This document shows, in pieces, positions 11,791 through 24,560 of a stretch of 64,000 nucleotides of DNA. This DNA comes from Chiloscyllium plagiosum (lineage: Eukaryota). The notes beneath the pieces were generated by a model. The model worked only from the letters and a program-made list of their open reading frames with translations, did not search any database and was not told the DNA's origin. The stretch spans positions 45,341,557-45,405,556 of the forward strand of contig NC_057722.1 in assembly GCF_004010195.1 (NCBI RefSeq), given 5' to 3'. Both the position numbers and the translations under genes were made by a program. Every line of letters starts with the position of its first letter. The stretch's first letter is position 1.

Positions 11791-13061
11791 CAATGTAAAA
11801 ATGAGATGTACTAGAATTTTAAGGTATAGTTCTAGTATGCATGATTATATCAAGATCTATGAATAATAATAGCAGTATGCTATTGTAAAGTAGGAAAAAG
11901 ATTTGCAAACTAAAATTCATATACCTACACATGTACCCACGGTTATTTATTATGGACTTATTTTGATCCTGTCCTTCTAGGCTAAAGTTCCATATACCTT
12001 TTGATCTTGCAAACCAATATATAGTGAAAACAGCTAGGAATGTTAGTCAAATACAGATGGAAGTGATTTCTGATATCCTTCCATTTTTAGTGATAATTTG
12101 TTTTGATAATTTGCTGTATGCGTTAAATGTCTTCTCATGAATTTATATACCGAGAAAAGTTGATACCAGTCTGATAAGTGCGTATTAATGGAAATCAACT
12201 ACAGTGTTGTAAAGGATTCAAATTGAACTTGTTCCCTAGCACTCAAGTGGTGGTAAAAAAAATTATTATTTAAATCTACATTCAGATTATTTAACCTGAT
12301 GTATTTTGATGAAAAATGATTTCAATTAAAAGTCCCATCCTCAGCTTTTTCTTTTTGAAACCTTATAGGCAAAGTATGGCTGGTCGCATGAACTGATTAA
12401 ATCTAGCTTATCATGATTCAGCCCAGCTTAAAATATGGCATGTAAAATATATTGTAAATTGGATCACCAGAAAGTGGCATCCCAATACATTAATGTTTGA
12501 GACCTAAACATGTCTGTGAGAAAAGACAGGATTAGAGATAATAGCAAGTTCCTTCTGTCATGTGGCAGTAACAGATGGTATTTCAAACACAACAATTTAG
12601 TTCTGAGAAAATATGCCGTTGGTGTTTTGTAAGAACTTAAAGTCTTCTTGTTGTGTACAATCAACGTGTGCACTCAAATCTCTTTGTTTCTGCAGTTGTA
12701 CAGTGGTTGTATATGTGATCGTCCTGATCATTATAATGATCTATCTCAGGGCTGAGATGTCAGAATATATTGGAGCAAACACAACCGGGAGATAAGTGAG
12801 GTGTTCGTGTTAGGCAGCACACAAAGAAAGGAAGTCGAGACTATGATTCATCTGCTAATTCCCCTTCTCTTTCTCCCTGTGGAGGAGTATCTGCCTTTTA
12901 CACTCAATCTGCAACTATATATTTTTGTAGTATTTCATGTTCATATTGTACAATGTTATATGGATTCAGTAAAATCTGGTTGATTATTAGATTTACGATG
13001 TTTCAGGGGTGATAACATCAGCCTCCCCAAGAATAGTGCAAAAATGAGGCATCTCTCATAA

Positions 13062-14830
13062 AGTCATAGAAATGTACAGCACGGAAGCAGATGCTTCAGT
13101 CCAACTTGTCCACGCCGACCAGATATCCCAACTCAATCTAGTCCCATTTGCGAGCACTTGGCCCAAATCCCTCTAAACCCTTCCTATTCATATACCCATC
13201 CTGATGCCTTTTAAATGTTGCAATTATACCAGCCTTCACCACTTCCTCTGGCAGCTCATTCTATACATGTACCACCCTCTGCGTGAAAAAGTTGCCTCTT
13301 AGGTCTCTTTTATGTCTTTCCCCTCTCACCCAAAACCTATGCCCTCTAGTTCTGGACTCCCCCACCCCAGGGAAAATACTTTCTCTATTTATCCTATCCA
13401 TGCCCCTCATGATTTTATAAACCTCTGTAAGGTCACCCCTCAGCCTCCAGCGCTCCAGGGAAAACAGACCCAGCCTATTCAGCCTCTCCCTACAGCTTGA
13501 ATCCTCTAATCCTGGCAATACCCTTGTAAATCTTTTCTGAACTCTTTCAAGTTTCACAACATCCTTCCGATAGGAAGGAGACCAGAATTGCAAGCCATAT
13601 TCCAAAAGTGGCCTAACCAATGTCCTGTGCAGTTGCAACATGATGTCCCAACTCCTATACTCAGTGCTCTGACCAATAAAGGAAAGCATACCAAATACTA
13701 TGAACGTGACTCCAAGGTCTCTTTGTTCAGCAACACTCCCCAGGACCTTACCATTAAGTATACAAGTCCTTTTGAGATTTGCTTTCCCAAAGTGTAGCAC
13801 CTTGCATTTATCTAAATTAAACTCCATCTGCCACTCCTCAGCCCATTGGCCCATCTGATAAGAGCCCATTGTAATCTGAGGTAACCTTCTTCGCTGTCCA
13901 CTACACCTTCAATGTTGGTGTCATCTGCAAACGTACTAACTATACCTCTTATGCTCACATCCAAATCATTTATATAAATGATGAAAAATCTGAAAAGCAA
14001 CCCTCCACCAACACCCTCTGTCTTCTACTTTTGAGCCAGTTCTGTATCCAAATGGCTAGTACTGCCTGTATTTCATGAGATCTAACCTTGCTAACCAGTC
14101 TCCCATGGGGAACCTTGTCGAACGCCTTACTGAAGTCCACATAGATCACATCTAATGCTCTGCCCTCATCAATCCTCTTTGTTATTTCTTCAAAAACCTC
14201 AATCAAGCTTGTGAGACATGATTTCCCACGCACAAAGCCATGTTGACCATCCCTAATCAGTCCTTGCCTTTCCAAATACATATACATCCTGTCCCTCAGG
14301 ATTCCCTCCAACAACTTGCCCATCACCGATGTCAGGCTCACTGGTCTATAGTTCCCTGGCTTGCCCTTACCACCCTTCTTAAATAGTGGCACCACGTTAG
14401 CCAATCCCCAGTATTCTGGCACCTCACCTGTGACTATTGATGATACAAATATCTCAGCAAGGGGCCCAGCAATCACTTCCCTCACTTCACACAAAGTTCT
14501 AGGGTATACCTAATCAGGCCCTAGGGATTTATCCACTTTTATGTGTTTCAAGACATCCAACTGTAATATGGAAATTTTTCAAGATGTCACCATCTATTTG
14601 CCCACATTCTATATCTTCCATGTCCTCCTCCACAATAAACACTGATGCAAAATACTCGTTTAGTATCTCGCCCTGCGGCTCCACACAAAGGGCGCCTTGC
14701 TGATCTTTGAGGGGCCCTATTCTCTCCTAGTTACCCTTTTGTCCTTAATGTATTTCTAAAAACCCTTTGGATTCTCCTTAAGCCTATTTGCCAAAGCTAT
14801 CTTATGTCCCCTTTTTGCTCTTCTGATTTC
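13062..14830 (-). mobile_element. CR1 (HER1-like) LINE, 5'-truncated
   Basis: PGNYRPVSLTSVMGKLLEGIL, VIYVDFSKAFDKVPH, FADDT, WAEEWQMEFNLDKC, RPLLEYGLQFWSP. CR1 3' tail at the left end. Confidence 0.93.
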
Positions 14831-15274
14831 CCTCTTAAGTATACTCCTGATTACCTCAATTGGATTTACTTCCATGCAAAAATAAAATTGTGTTTTGTAC
14901 AGCATCATGATTTTGAATTTTTAAAAATCTTTCTGTTTTGTACATTCATTATATCAGTGAACTGTCTGTTTTATTGTACAGAAAAAAAAACAATCCTAGT
15001 CTCTGCCGGGAGCTCAATTCAGCCAGGCAATTTTTCTCGAGAAAGCTGTCTTGAGTTAGTATCCGCTTCATTATTTCCCCCAGACGCCAAATATACATGT
15101 TCTATCTTCCATGCTTCACAATGTTCTAATGGCAGTATTGATTCGCTACAGCTTTTCGCACAAACAAGAGAAATGACATTTACAAAGTGAAATTAAGTAT
15201 TGGCAATTTCAGCTGACAGAATTATATTTAGCTATCAAACTGGGACAAGGATCTAAACATTTTAAACACATAAA

Positions 15275-15663
15275 GCTCCGTGATTACGTTTGAGCCCAGG
15301 TGTCCCTGGAGAAGGAGCATGCAGTGTCCACCAACACCCTTGAGCTGTTCAGGGAGAGGTGGGCACCGGAGGGAGTGGAGTATTTTATTTCTCCCTCCTA
15401 CTCTATTTTAATTTGATCCCCACCTTCCTCATCACTTTTATGATCAGGCAGCATTGCCTTTTGTCGAGAAGGGAACTGCTTGTCACTGCCCACTCTGGTA
15501 TTTCCTTTCCTCCTGGTGTGGATTATAAATAAAGATTTACGCATTTGTTATTCTTCACTGTGTCTTACACCTGCACACACATGACATGGGTACTGGGGAA
15601 AAGTAAACACTACCGCTGTTAGGCAGTAGTGTGTGGGGGAAAGTCAAAAATAGAAAAAAAAAA
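15275..15663 (+). mobile_element. 3' end of an L1/Tx1-clade LINE with A-rich tail
   Basis: VSLEKEHAVSTNTLELFRERWAPEGVEYFISPSYSILI* followed by a 3' UTR with AATAAA, a small hairpin (cactac...gtagtg) and an A tail. Possible TSD aaacacata/aaacatata. Confidence 0.65.
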
Positions 15664-16419
15664 CATATACCTGCTCATGATCGAATTTTAAAAAATGAAA
15701 CCTAAAGGTTTGACAAAACAATTTCAAAATATGGTTTATTATTTCCAGATGAAGAGCCATGAGTAACTTTCATTTCCATTACCCTTGAACCTGACTTTGT
15801 TTTCCCTTGTAACCATTTGATAGCCATCACATTCTTAACGTTGAAGACATTGTAGTTCAGTCTTGAAAACATTTTAGCATTCTGCTAAAGCTTTCAGTTG
15901 TTCTTCATCCATGAGCATGAAGTAATTTGACCTTGTGAAAATTTGACTCTTACACAGATGTTTCCCATTCAGTCTATGAAAATCCTGTTAAATGCAAGCT
16001 GTCACTTTATATGTTACAGTACATGTTAGTAACCAAAGGTGACATTCCATCCATTTACTCTCCACTTCACAACATTGATTACTGATACTAGTACTGTTAA
16101 TTCCTTTTTAAAAGCATCAGACTTTTTTGTTTAATCAATCAAGAGCATTTATACCTGAAATTGTTCCAATCAGGAATTCAGCTTTCTAATTTACCTAAAT
16201 GCAGTATTGGAGGATAAGTTGTTGATACTTGTTTTTGATAAAGATTCAGTATCAGCACTCATTTTTAAAATGGAAGGTAAATAGACTTATATGAGTTCAA
16301 TATTATGTTTGTTTCTTTTAATGAGATCTGTATAGAACCAACAGGGAAGAGAAGATGGCAATTCAAGAGTTTTCGGTTTATGATAGGGTGTGCAGATTTC
16401 AAAAATGGCAGATCATGAT

Positions 16420-18130
16420 TGAACAGTGAAAATTATTCTTTTTTGAAGAAGTAATAGAGAATTTTCACGAGCAAAAGCAGTGAATATTGTCCATACAAGT
16501 TTAAGAAAGTATTTGACAAATTATGACAGATAGTTAACAAACTTGAAGCTCATGGAACAAGAAATTCAATGTCAGCTTGGAAAGAAGTATGGTCTTAAGG
16601 ACAAAAAACAGCGAGTCATTAAATGTTATTTTTCAGATTGGAGGTTAGTTGTGTCATCCCATTCCCCTTCCCCGCACCCCCTTCAGTCGAAGCAAAACTC
16701 CCAGAGACACAGTATGGGTTTACCTCCTTCATCTTTATTTCGGGCTCTGGAGGGAAAGAGAACAATCACCGAGACATGAGTTCATGGTCTTCTCTGGAAC
16801 AGCAGTTTCTCAATGAACTATATAGACATTTTACAAGGAGGAGCATCCAGATAAGGCAACATACATATTAGTTGGGTGACCGTTATAATCAACAAATATC
16901 AATAGCAGAGACCAAGCCCTTTACTGTTATACAATGAATGTTCTTAAACTTGTTAACTGGGTTCACATAATGGATACTTTTCCCCATGTTAGCTGACCTT
17001 GCATACTGAATGCTTCTAACATTGTTGAATGGCTCTACATAATGACTGCTTTTCCACCTTGTTAACCCATTATCCTTGCTTCCAGCACACCATTGTTAAC
17101 TGTAAGTTGATATCTGATCTGAGTTATGCTCAGCCGAACCTCTTGTTTCACAGAACTCAGAACTTAGCTCTTTCCCTGCCTGCTTTTACCCTATACACAT
17201 TTTCAGTTGTAGTCCTCAGGGATCAGTGCTGCAATCATTTCATTTTTAGTATATATAAATAACTTGTATATCAGCATACAAAGTAAAATTTCAGAACTTG
17301 CCAATAATTCTAAACTTGAAGGTTAGAATCAACGGCAACAGGATATAGTTGCATCAACAGAATCGGCAGTCAAATGCCAGATTGAATTTTAAACAAAATC
17401 TGTGAAGTGATGTGGTTTTGAAGAAGGAGTAGGAAGAGACAATAGAGACTTAACTGCTCAATTCTAAGGAGTGTACAGGGACGGAAGATCCTGGAGATTC
17501 ATGCACATCAATCTTTGAAGGTGGCAGGACATAATGAGAGAGCAGTTAGTAAATTATGCAGGGCCAAAACTAGACTATTGCACAAAAGCTTTGGTCATCA
17601 CCCTTTTGGAAGGATGTGAGGATTTCGGCTGCGTTTAAAGAAAATTTACCAGAATGCTTCGATGGCTGGGGGATTTTCGTTACAAGACTACGTTGGAGAA
17701 ACTAGGATTCTTTTCCTTGGTGGAAATGAGATTTATCGAAGTGTACACAGTTATGACAAATTTAGAAAATGGAGAGTAAGAAAATGTTCTCCAATTGACT
17801 GATGGTACAAGGAGTAGGGGGTACAGATTTAACTAGTTTGAGTTTGAGCAAGAGACTAAGGGAGATGTGAGAAAGCAGATTTTTACTCAGTCAGTGGTAG
17901 TGACCTGGAACATATAGCACATGTGGTTGGTGAAAGCAGTGACAGTGAATGATTTCGAAAGGAAATTACATGGACACTTGACAAAGTAAACTTACACTGA
18001 TCCAAGCTACTGAGGAGTATTCTATCACATTCCTTAATTGTGCCTTGTAGATGGGAGGGGGCATTGAAGTGGAACCCATTGCCTTAAGTAGAGCCAACAG
18101 GACTTGATGGACTTAATAGTGTCTTTCGGT
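16420..18130 (+). mobile_element. Old, degenerate CR1 LINE interrupted by a solo LTR
   Basis: KQRVIKCYFSDWRLV at ~16600 resumes as tcctcagggatcagtgctg (PQGSVL) at ~17213. Decayed CR1 3' sequence continues to ~18130. Confidence 0.7.
16652..17205 (-). mobile_element. Probable solo LTR
   Basis: A 554-bp insert splits the CR1 RT. It begins TGT and ends TCA, is flanked by a 4-bp duplication gttg (16648-16651, 17206-17209), and has a minus-strand AATAAA near 16735. Confidence 0.55.
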
Positions 18131-18307
18131 GCAAAGGTTAAACTATTGCTTCCAGAATAGTAAAGTTATACAGGATCAGCAGTAAGACTGAAAGGAAAAA
18201 AATGTTTCAGAACTTACAGTATGATAGAACTGAATTAAAATTGACATATGAAATTACTAACCTGGCCCACTTCAACAATCCAATCATTTCAACCTTGCAT
18301 GCACTAT

Positions 18308-19729
18308 TTTTAAAAAATTTGCTCATGGGACTATGGTCGCCTTGACTTAGCCAGCTTTTATTTCCTATCTCTAGTTAATTCCGAGAAAGTGGTGGTGAGC
18401 TGCTTTCTTGAATCACTGGAAGTGCATTTTGATGTGAGAATGGTGAGTGACTTGGCATGGAACTTGCACATGGTGGTATTGTCATGTATCAGCTGCCCTT
18501 GTCATTCGAGATAAAAGTGGTTGTAGATTTGGAAGGTGGTGCTAAGGATCTTTGATGAATTTCTGCAATGCATCTTATAGATGGTACACACTGTTGCTAT
18601 TGAACATTAGCAACATAGAGAAGTACAGTATGGTAACAAACCCTTTGGTCCAACTGGTCAATGCCGACCAGATATCCTAAATTAATTGAGTTCCATTTGC
18701 TAGCACTTAGCCCATATCCCTCTAACCCTTCCTTTTTATATACCCACCAAGATGCCTTTTAAGTGCTCAATTGTACCAGTCTCCACCACTTCCTCTGGCA
18801 ACTCATTCCATACATTTGGTGATGGTGATGGAGGAAGTAGATGTTTGTGAATGTGGTGCCAATCAATCAGCTGCTTTGACCTGGATGGTGTCAATCTTCT
18901 TGAGTGCTGCTGAGGCTGCATTCATCATGCAAGTGGGGAGTATTTCATCAAACTCCTAACTTGTGCTTGTAAATGCATGGATGGGCTTTGGGAATCAGGA
19001 GGTGAGTTATTTGCTGCAGTATTCCTAGACTTTGATAGCTCTTATCACTGCTATATTTAAATGGCAAGTTTAGATCAGTTTCTGATCAATGGTAAACTCC
19101 CAGGATGTTGATTGTGGGAGATTCAGGGATAACAATGCCATTAAATGTCATAGGGTGATGATTAGATTATCTCTTATTGGAGATGGTCACTGCCTGGCAC
19201 ATTTGTGACATGAATGTTACTTGCCACTTTTCAGCCCAAGTCAGGTTTGCTGCATTTGAACATGGGGGGATCTGCTTCAGTATCTGAGGAGTCATGAACA
19301 ATGCTGAACATTGTGCAATCATTGACCAATATCCCACTTCTGATCTTATAGCGGTGGGAACGTCATTGGTGAAGCAACTAAAGATGTTTCAGCCCAGGAC
19401 GCTAACTGGAGGAACTCCTGCAGAGATATTCTGGAGTTAAGGTGACTGACCTCCAAAAATTACAAACATATTCACAAATGCCAGGTATGATTGCACCAGT
19501 AGAAAGTTTTCCCTAATTCATATCAATGTCAGTTTTGCTTGGTCTCCTACTCTTTCGAATGTTGTGTTAATGTCAAGGGCTGACACTCTCACCTCACCTC
19601 TGGAATTCAGCTCTTTTGTCAGCTTGAAACAAACTGTAATGAGGTCAGGAGCTGAGTGGTCTTGTGGAACACAAGCTGGCTGTGAGTGAGCAAGTTATTA
19701 TTAAGCAGGTGCTGCTGGATAGTTCTGTT
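18308..19729 (-). mobile_element. Older CR1/L2-group LINE, 3' part (continues at 24454-24560)
   Basis: The 3' tail (rc ...aagaaagcagctcaccaccac...cccatgagc..aaaaa) is shared with SINE tails elsewhere in the window. Decayed RT is present, and the sequence resumes after the nested CR1. Confidence 0.7.
18613..18815 (-). mobile_element. CR1 3'-end fragment nested in the older LINE
   Basis: Same tail as 13062-13270; VWNELPEEVVE. Confidence 0.85.
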
Positions 19730-22509
19730 ATACGGTCATAATGGTATACAGCACAGACACTGACCATTCAGTCAACTCATCCATGCCAACCAGATATCGT
19801 AAATAAATCTAGTCCCATTTGCCAGCATTTGGCCCAATACCCTCTAAACCCTTTCTTTCAAATATCCATCTAGATGTCTTTTCAATGTCACTGTCATTTT
19901 AATGTAATTGCACCAGCCTCCACCTGGTAATATTTTTTCTGGCAGCTCATTCCATACACGCACCACCCTCTATGTGAAGATGTTGCCCCTTAGGTCTCTT
20001 TTAAACTTTTCCCTCTCATCTCAAAGCAATAACTCTAGTTTTGGACTCTCCTACCCTATCCATGCCCTTTATGATTTTATAAACCTCGATAAGATCACCC
20101 CTCAGCCTCCGTTCTCCAGGAAAAGTTGTCTCAGTCTATTCAGCCTCTCCCTATAGCTCAAACACTCCAACCCTGGCAACATCTTTCTAAATCTTTTCTG
20201 AACCCCTTCACATTTCACAACATCATTCCTATAGCAAGGAGACCAGAATTTTATGCATTATTCCAATAATGGCCTAACCAATGTCCTGTACAGCCTCAAA
20301 ATGATCTCCCAAATCCCTTTCTCAATGCAATGACCAATAAAGGCAAGCATACCAAATGCTATCCTATCTACATGTGACACCATTTTCAAGCGACTATGAA
20401 CCTGAACTCCAAGGTCTCTTTGTTCAGCAACACTCTCCAGGACCTTACCATTAAGTGTATAAGTCATGCCTTGATTTGCCTTTCCAAAATGTAGCACCTC
20501 ACATTTATGTAAATTAAACTCCATCTGCCACTCCTCAGCCCATTGGCCCATCTAATCAAGATCCCATTGTACTCTGAGCCAGTTCCGTATTCAAACAGCT
20601 AGCTCTTTCTGTCTTCTATCTGATCTAACCTTGCTAACCAGTCTACCACAAGGAACCTTGTCAAATGCCTTACTGAAGTCCATATAGATCACGTCTACCA
20701 CTCTGCCCTGATCAATCCTCTTTATTACTTCTTCAAAAAGCTAAAGTTTGTGATACATGATTTCCCACGCACAAAGCCATGTTGACTATCCCTAATCAGA
20801 CCTTTCCTTTCTAAATACATGTAAATCCTATCACTCAGGATTCCCTCCAACAACTTACCCACCATCAGGCTCAATGGTATATAGTTCCCTGGCTTTTCCT
20901 TATCTCTTTTCTTAAATAGTGGCACCACGTTAGACAACCTTGAGTCATCCAGTGCCTCACCTGTGATTATCAATGATAAGAATATCTAAGCAAGGGGCCC
21001 AGCAATCACTTCCCCAGCTTCCCACAGAGTTCGCGGATACACCGGGGGTTTATCCACCTTTATCTGTTTTAAGACATTCAGCACCTCCTCCTCTGTACTA
21101 TGGACATTTTTCAAGATGTTGCTATTTATTTCCCCAATTCTGTATCTTCTATATCCTTCTTCACAGTAAATACTGATGCAAAAGATTTGTTTAAAATCTC
21201 CCCCATCACCTGTGGTTCCACACAAAGGTAGCCTTGCTGATCTTTAAGGGACCTGAGCTCTCCCAAGTTACTTTGTTTTGTCCTTAATGTATTACAGAAT
21301 CCCTTTGTATTCTCCTTAACTCTATTTGCCAAAGCTATCTCATGTCCCCTTTTTGCCCTCCTGATTTTCCTCTTAAATATACTTCAACTGCTTTTATACT
21401 CTTCTGGGGAATCACTCAATTTCTTCTGTCTGTACCTGATATATGCTTCCTTCTTATTCTTAATCAAAATTTCAATTTCTCTATTCATCCAGCATTTCCT
21501 ACACCTACCAGCTTTGCCCTTCACCTTGACAGGAACATACTGTCTCTGGACTCTCATTATCTCATTTCTGAAGGCTTCCTATTTTCTAGCCATTTGGGAA
21601 CATCCGCCCCCAAATCAACTTTTGAAAGTTCTTGCCAAATACTGTCAAAATTGGCCTCCTCCAATTCAGAACTTAAACGTTTAGATCCAGTCTATCCTTT
21701 TCCATCCTATTTTAAAACTGATAGAATTTTGGTCACTGACTCCAAAGTGCTCCCCCACTGACCCTTCAGTCACCTGCCCTGCCTTATTTCCCACAAATAG
21801 ATCAAGTTTTGTTCCTTCTCTCGTACGTACATCCACATACTAAATCAGAAAATTTTCTTGTACATGCTTAACAAATTCCTCTCCATCCAAGCCCTTAACA
21901 CTATGGCAGTCCCAGTCTATGTTTGGAAAGTTGAAATACCCTAACATAACCACCCTATTATTCGTACAGATAACTGAAATCTCCTTCCAGATTTGTTTCT
22001 GAATTTCCCTCTGTCTATTGGGGAGTCTTTAGTACAATCCCAATAAGGTAATGATCCCTTTCTTACTTCTTAGTTCCACCCAAATAACTTCCCGAGACAT
22101 ATTCCCAGCAATGTCCTTCCTAAGTACAGTCATAATGTTATTCCTAATCAAAAACACCACGCCCCCTCCTCTCTTGCCCCCCTCTCAATCCTTCCACTAG
22201 CATCTATATCCTGGAATGTCAAGCTGCCAGTCCTGGCCATCCCAGAGCCCCGTCTCTGTAATTGCTATGATATCCCAGTCCCATGTTCCTAACCATGCCC
22301 TGAGTTCATCTGCCTTCCCTGTTTGGCCTCTTGCATTGAAATAAATGCAGTTTAATCGATCAGTTTTACTTCGTTCTGTACTTTGTTCCTGCCTGCCCTG
22401 ACTGTTTGACTTACTCTTTTTCCAAACTGTACCATCCTCAGACTGATCACTTTCCTCACTATTCCCTGGGTCCCACACCCTCACTAGTTTAAATCCACCT
22501 GAGCACAAG

Positions 22510-22591
22510 TGGCAGCAGTGGGAAATGAACCCACACTCCTTAAGAGACTGGGACTTGAATACAAGGTCTGAGAACGCTTGGCCATGCTAGC
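22510..22591 (-). pseudogene. tRNA-Leu pseudogene embedded in CR1 ORF1
   Basis: The 82-nt minus-strand sequence GCTAGCATGGCCAAGCGTTCTCAGACCTTGTATTCAAGTCCCAGTCTCTTAAGGAGTGTGGGTTCATTTCCCACTGCTGCCA aligns without gaps to the vertebrate Leu AAG/TAG-type tRNA (long variable arm), with many substitutions. Confidence 0.8.
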
Positions 22592-23486
22592 AGACACTGC
22601 TGTAGGAATTCTCCTTGCCAGTATATTAGTCCCCTTCCGATTCAGGTGCAATCCATCTCGATGCCAGAAGACATTCCAATGATTCAGAAATGTGAATCCT
22701 TCTCCCGTACACCAGCTCCTCAGCCATGCATTCATCTGTTCTATTCTCTTATTCCTACCCCTCACTAGCTCATGGCACTGGGAGTAATCCAGATATTACT
22801 GCCCTCAAGGACCTCCTTTTTAAATTCCTGCCTAACTTCCTATTTTCCCTCCTCAGAATCTTATCCTTTTCATTTCCTATGTAATCAGTTCCAATGTGTA
22901 CAATGATTTCCTGCTCCCCTTTGAGAATATTCTGCACCCTCTCCGAGTTATCCTTGATCCTGGCTCCAGGGAGGCAACACACCATTCTGATGTCTCACTA
23001 TTAGCTGCAGAATCATCTAACTGTGCCTCTAACTAGAGAGTCCCCTATCACAATCGATTGCTTGGAACCTGGCATACCCCTCGTTACATTAGATCCAATC
23101 TTGGTATTAGAAAGCTGGCTGTCAGTGCTACATTCTTCTGAGAGTTTACCACCCCCTAAAAACAGCATACTTGTTTGAGATAGGGATAGCTACAGGAGAC
23201 TTTGCACTACCAGTTTCCCTCTCCTACCTATCCTGGAGGTAACCCATCTAGCTGACTGTATCTTTAGTTTATCTCCCTTCCTGCAACTGCCATCCTCTAA
23301 CTGCCACTCCAATCAATCCATGCGCTCTGATAGGATTCGCAACCAAACACATTTCCTGCAGACATAATCAGCAGCAATATGGAAACTCTCCCTAATCTCC
23401 CACTTCCAACAGAAAGAGCACATCACTCTACTAAATTAAAAATCACACAACACCAGGTTATAGTCCAACAGGTTTAATTGGAAGCA

Positions 23487-23521
23487 CACTAGCTTTCGGA
23501 GCGACGCTCCTTCATCAGGCG
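23487..23521 (-). ncRNA. Minimal hammerhead ribozyme (opposite arm)
   Basis: Reverse complement: cgc-CTGATGA-aggagcgtcgctcc-GAAA-gcTA-gtg. Confidence 0.75.
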
Positions 23522-23669
23522 ATTGTGGAGGGCTCGATCGTAACACAGAATTTATAGCAAAAATTTGCAGTGTGATGTAACTGAAATTATACATTGAAGA
23601 ACTGATTGTCTGTTGCACATATCGACACAGACATCAAGAATTCTGTGTTACGAACGAGCCCTCCACAAT

Positions 23670-23704
23670 CACCTGATGAAGGAGCGTCGCTCCGAAAGCT
23701 AGTG
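23670..23704 (+). ncRNA. Minimal type I hammerhead ribozyme
   Basis: cac-CTGATGA-a-ggagc-gtc-gctcc-GAAA-gc-TA-gtg: stem I cac/gtg, intact core, 5-bp stem II, palindromic AGCT in place of helix III. Confidence 0.8.
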
Positions 23705-24453
23705 TGCTTCCAATTAAACCAGTTGGACTATAACCTGGTGTTGTGTGATCTTTAATTTTGTACACCCCAGTCCAACACTGGCATCTCCAAATCATGACCA
23801 CTCTACTAAAGGCTATCTCTGCACCTTAACAATCCACAGATCCAGAAAATAGCAGTCTTATTGTTCTAAAAACACTGCTCCAGGCTAGCTTAATGTCTAT
23901 ATTTTTATATTTTTAAAGTTTAATCAAGAGACAGATCTCAATAACAACATATAATCAAAAAAACCCCACTCTACTCACTACTGTGGATTTTAAAAAGAAA
24001 ATCAGTAAGGTTTCACTTTAAAAAGCCACTTAACTGCTCCCCTGCTGGGAGCTCCCACACACAGGTTTCTCCAAGGTCAACTGTGAATTTTGCTGTTTGT
24101 TTATTTTTCTTAAGACCAATTTCAATATCCAGAGATACTTGAAAACAGACAGCAAAGGCAGCAGCTGTGCAGTTTAGTGCTGGGTCAGACAGTAGTGTAA
24201 GTCTCTTTCTCCATTTCAATCACTGCCCATGTGGTCACTGCCCTTTTCTGTCTTCCTCCTTTTTAAAATGCTGTTGTTTTGATCCTTTCGTCCACAAAGT
24301 TCCAAAACAGTACAACAGCTTGTTAAACAGTAATTACTGCCCCTAAAATTTGAGGGAATCTGCTCCAACACTGAAAATACATCAAACAAGGACCAACTCT
24401 TATAGCCACAACTTCTTCCCGTCCTCCATCTTGGATTACCCAGAATCCTTTTT

Positions 24454-24560
24454 TTCTATTGATGACACTTTCCATCACTTTAATGATGATTGAGAGCAGA
24501 CTGATGAGGCAATAAATGGTTGGGTTGAATTGGATTGGGATTTGGAGCTTCTTATGCTCA
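24454..24560 (-). mobile_element. Continuation of the older CR1/L2-group LINE
   Basis: NPTIYCLISLLSIIIKVMESVIN (NYRPISLLS-type RT motif) joins the sequence interrupted at 19729. Confidence 0.75.

Larger units (their letters stand above)
23436..23798. mobile_element. PLE (second family) fold-back mini-insertion
   Basis: Arms ~23436-23552 and ~23638-23755 are inverted repeats, with a tail on the right. Perfect 12-bp TSD cactctactaaa (23424-23435, 23799-23810). Confidence 0.88.
19730..24453 (-). mobile_element. Near full-length CR1 LINE (5' UTR, ORF1 SGNH esterase, ORF2 APE-RT), decayed
   Basis: ORF1: VCCLPGARIKD, IIVHIGT, VISGLLPVP, DGLHLN. APE: CIYFNARG, WDWDIIAITET. RT: PGNYIPLSL, WAEEWQMEFN. 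Possible TSD ttctgtt/ttctatt (19723-19729, 24454-24460). Confidence 0.92.

Noticed and set aside
22510-22591. Functional tRNA-Leu(CAA) gene
   Set aside because: Acceptor and anticodon stem mismatches, a disrupted T-loop (GTTCATTTCC) and no downstream T-run terminator.
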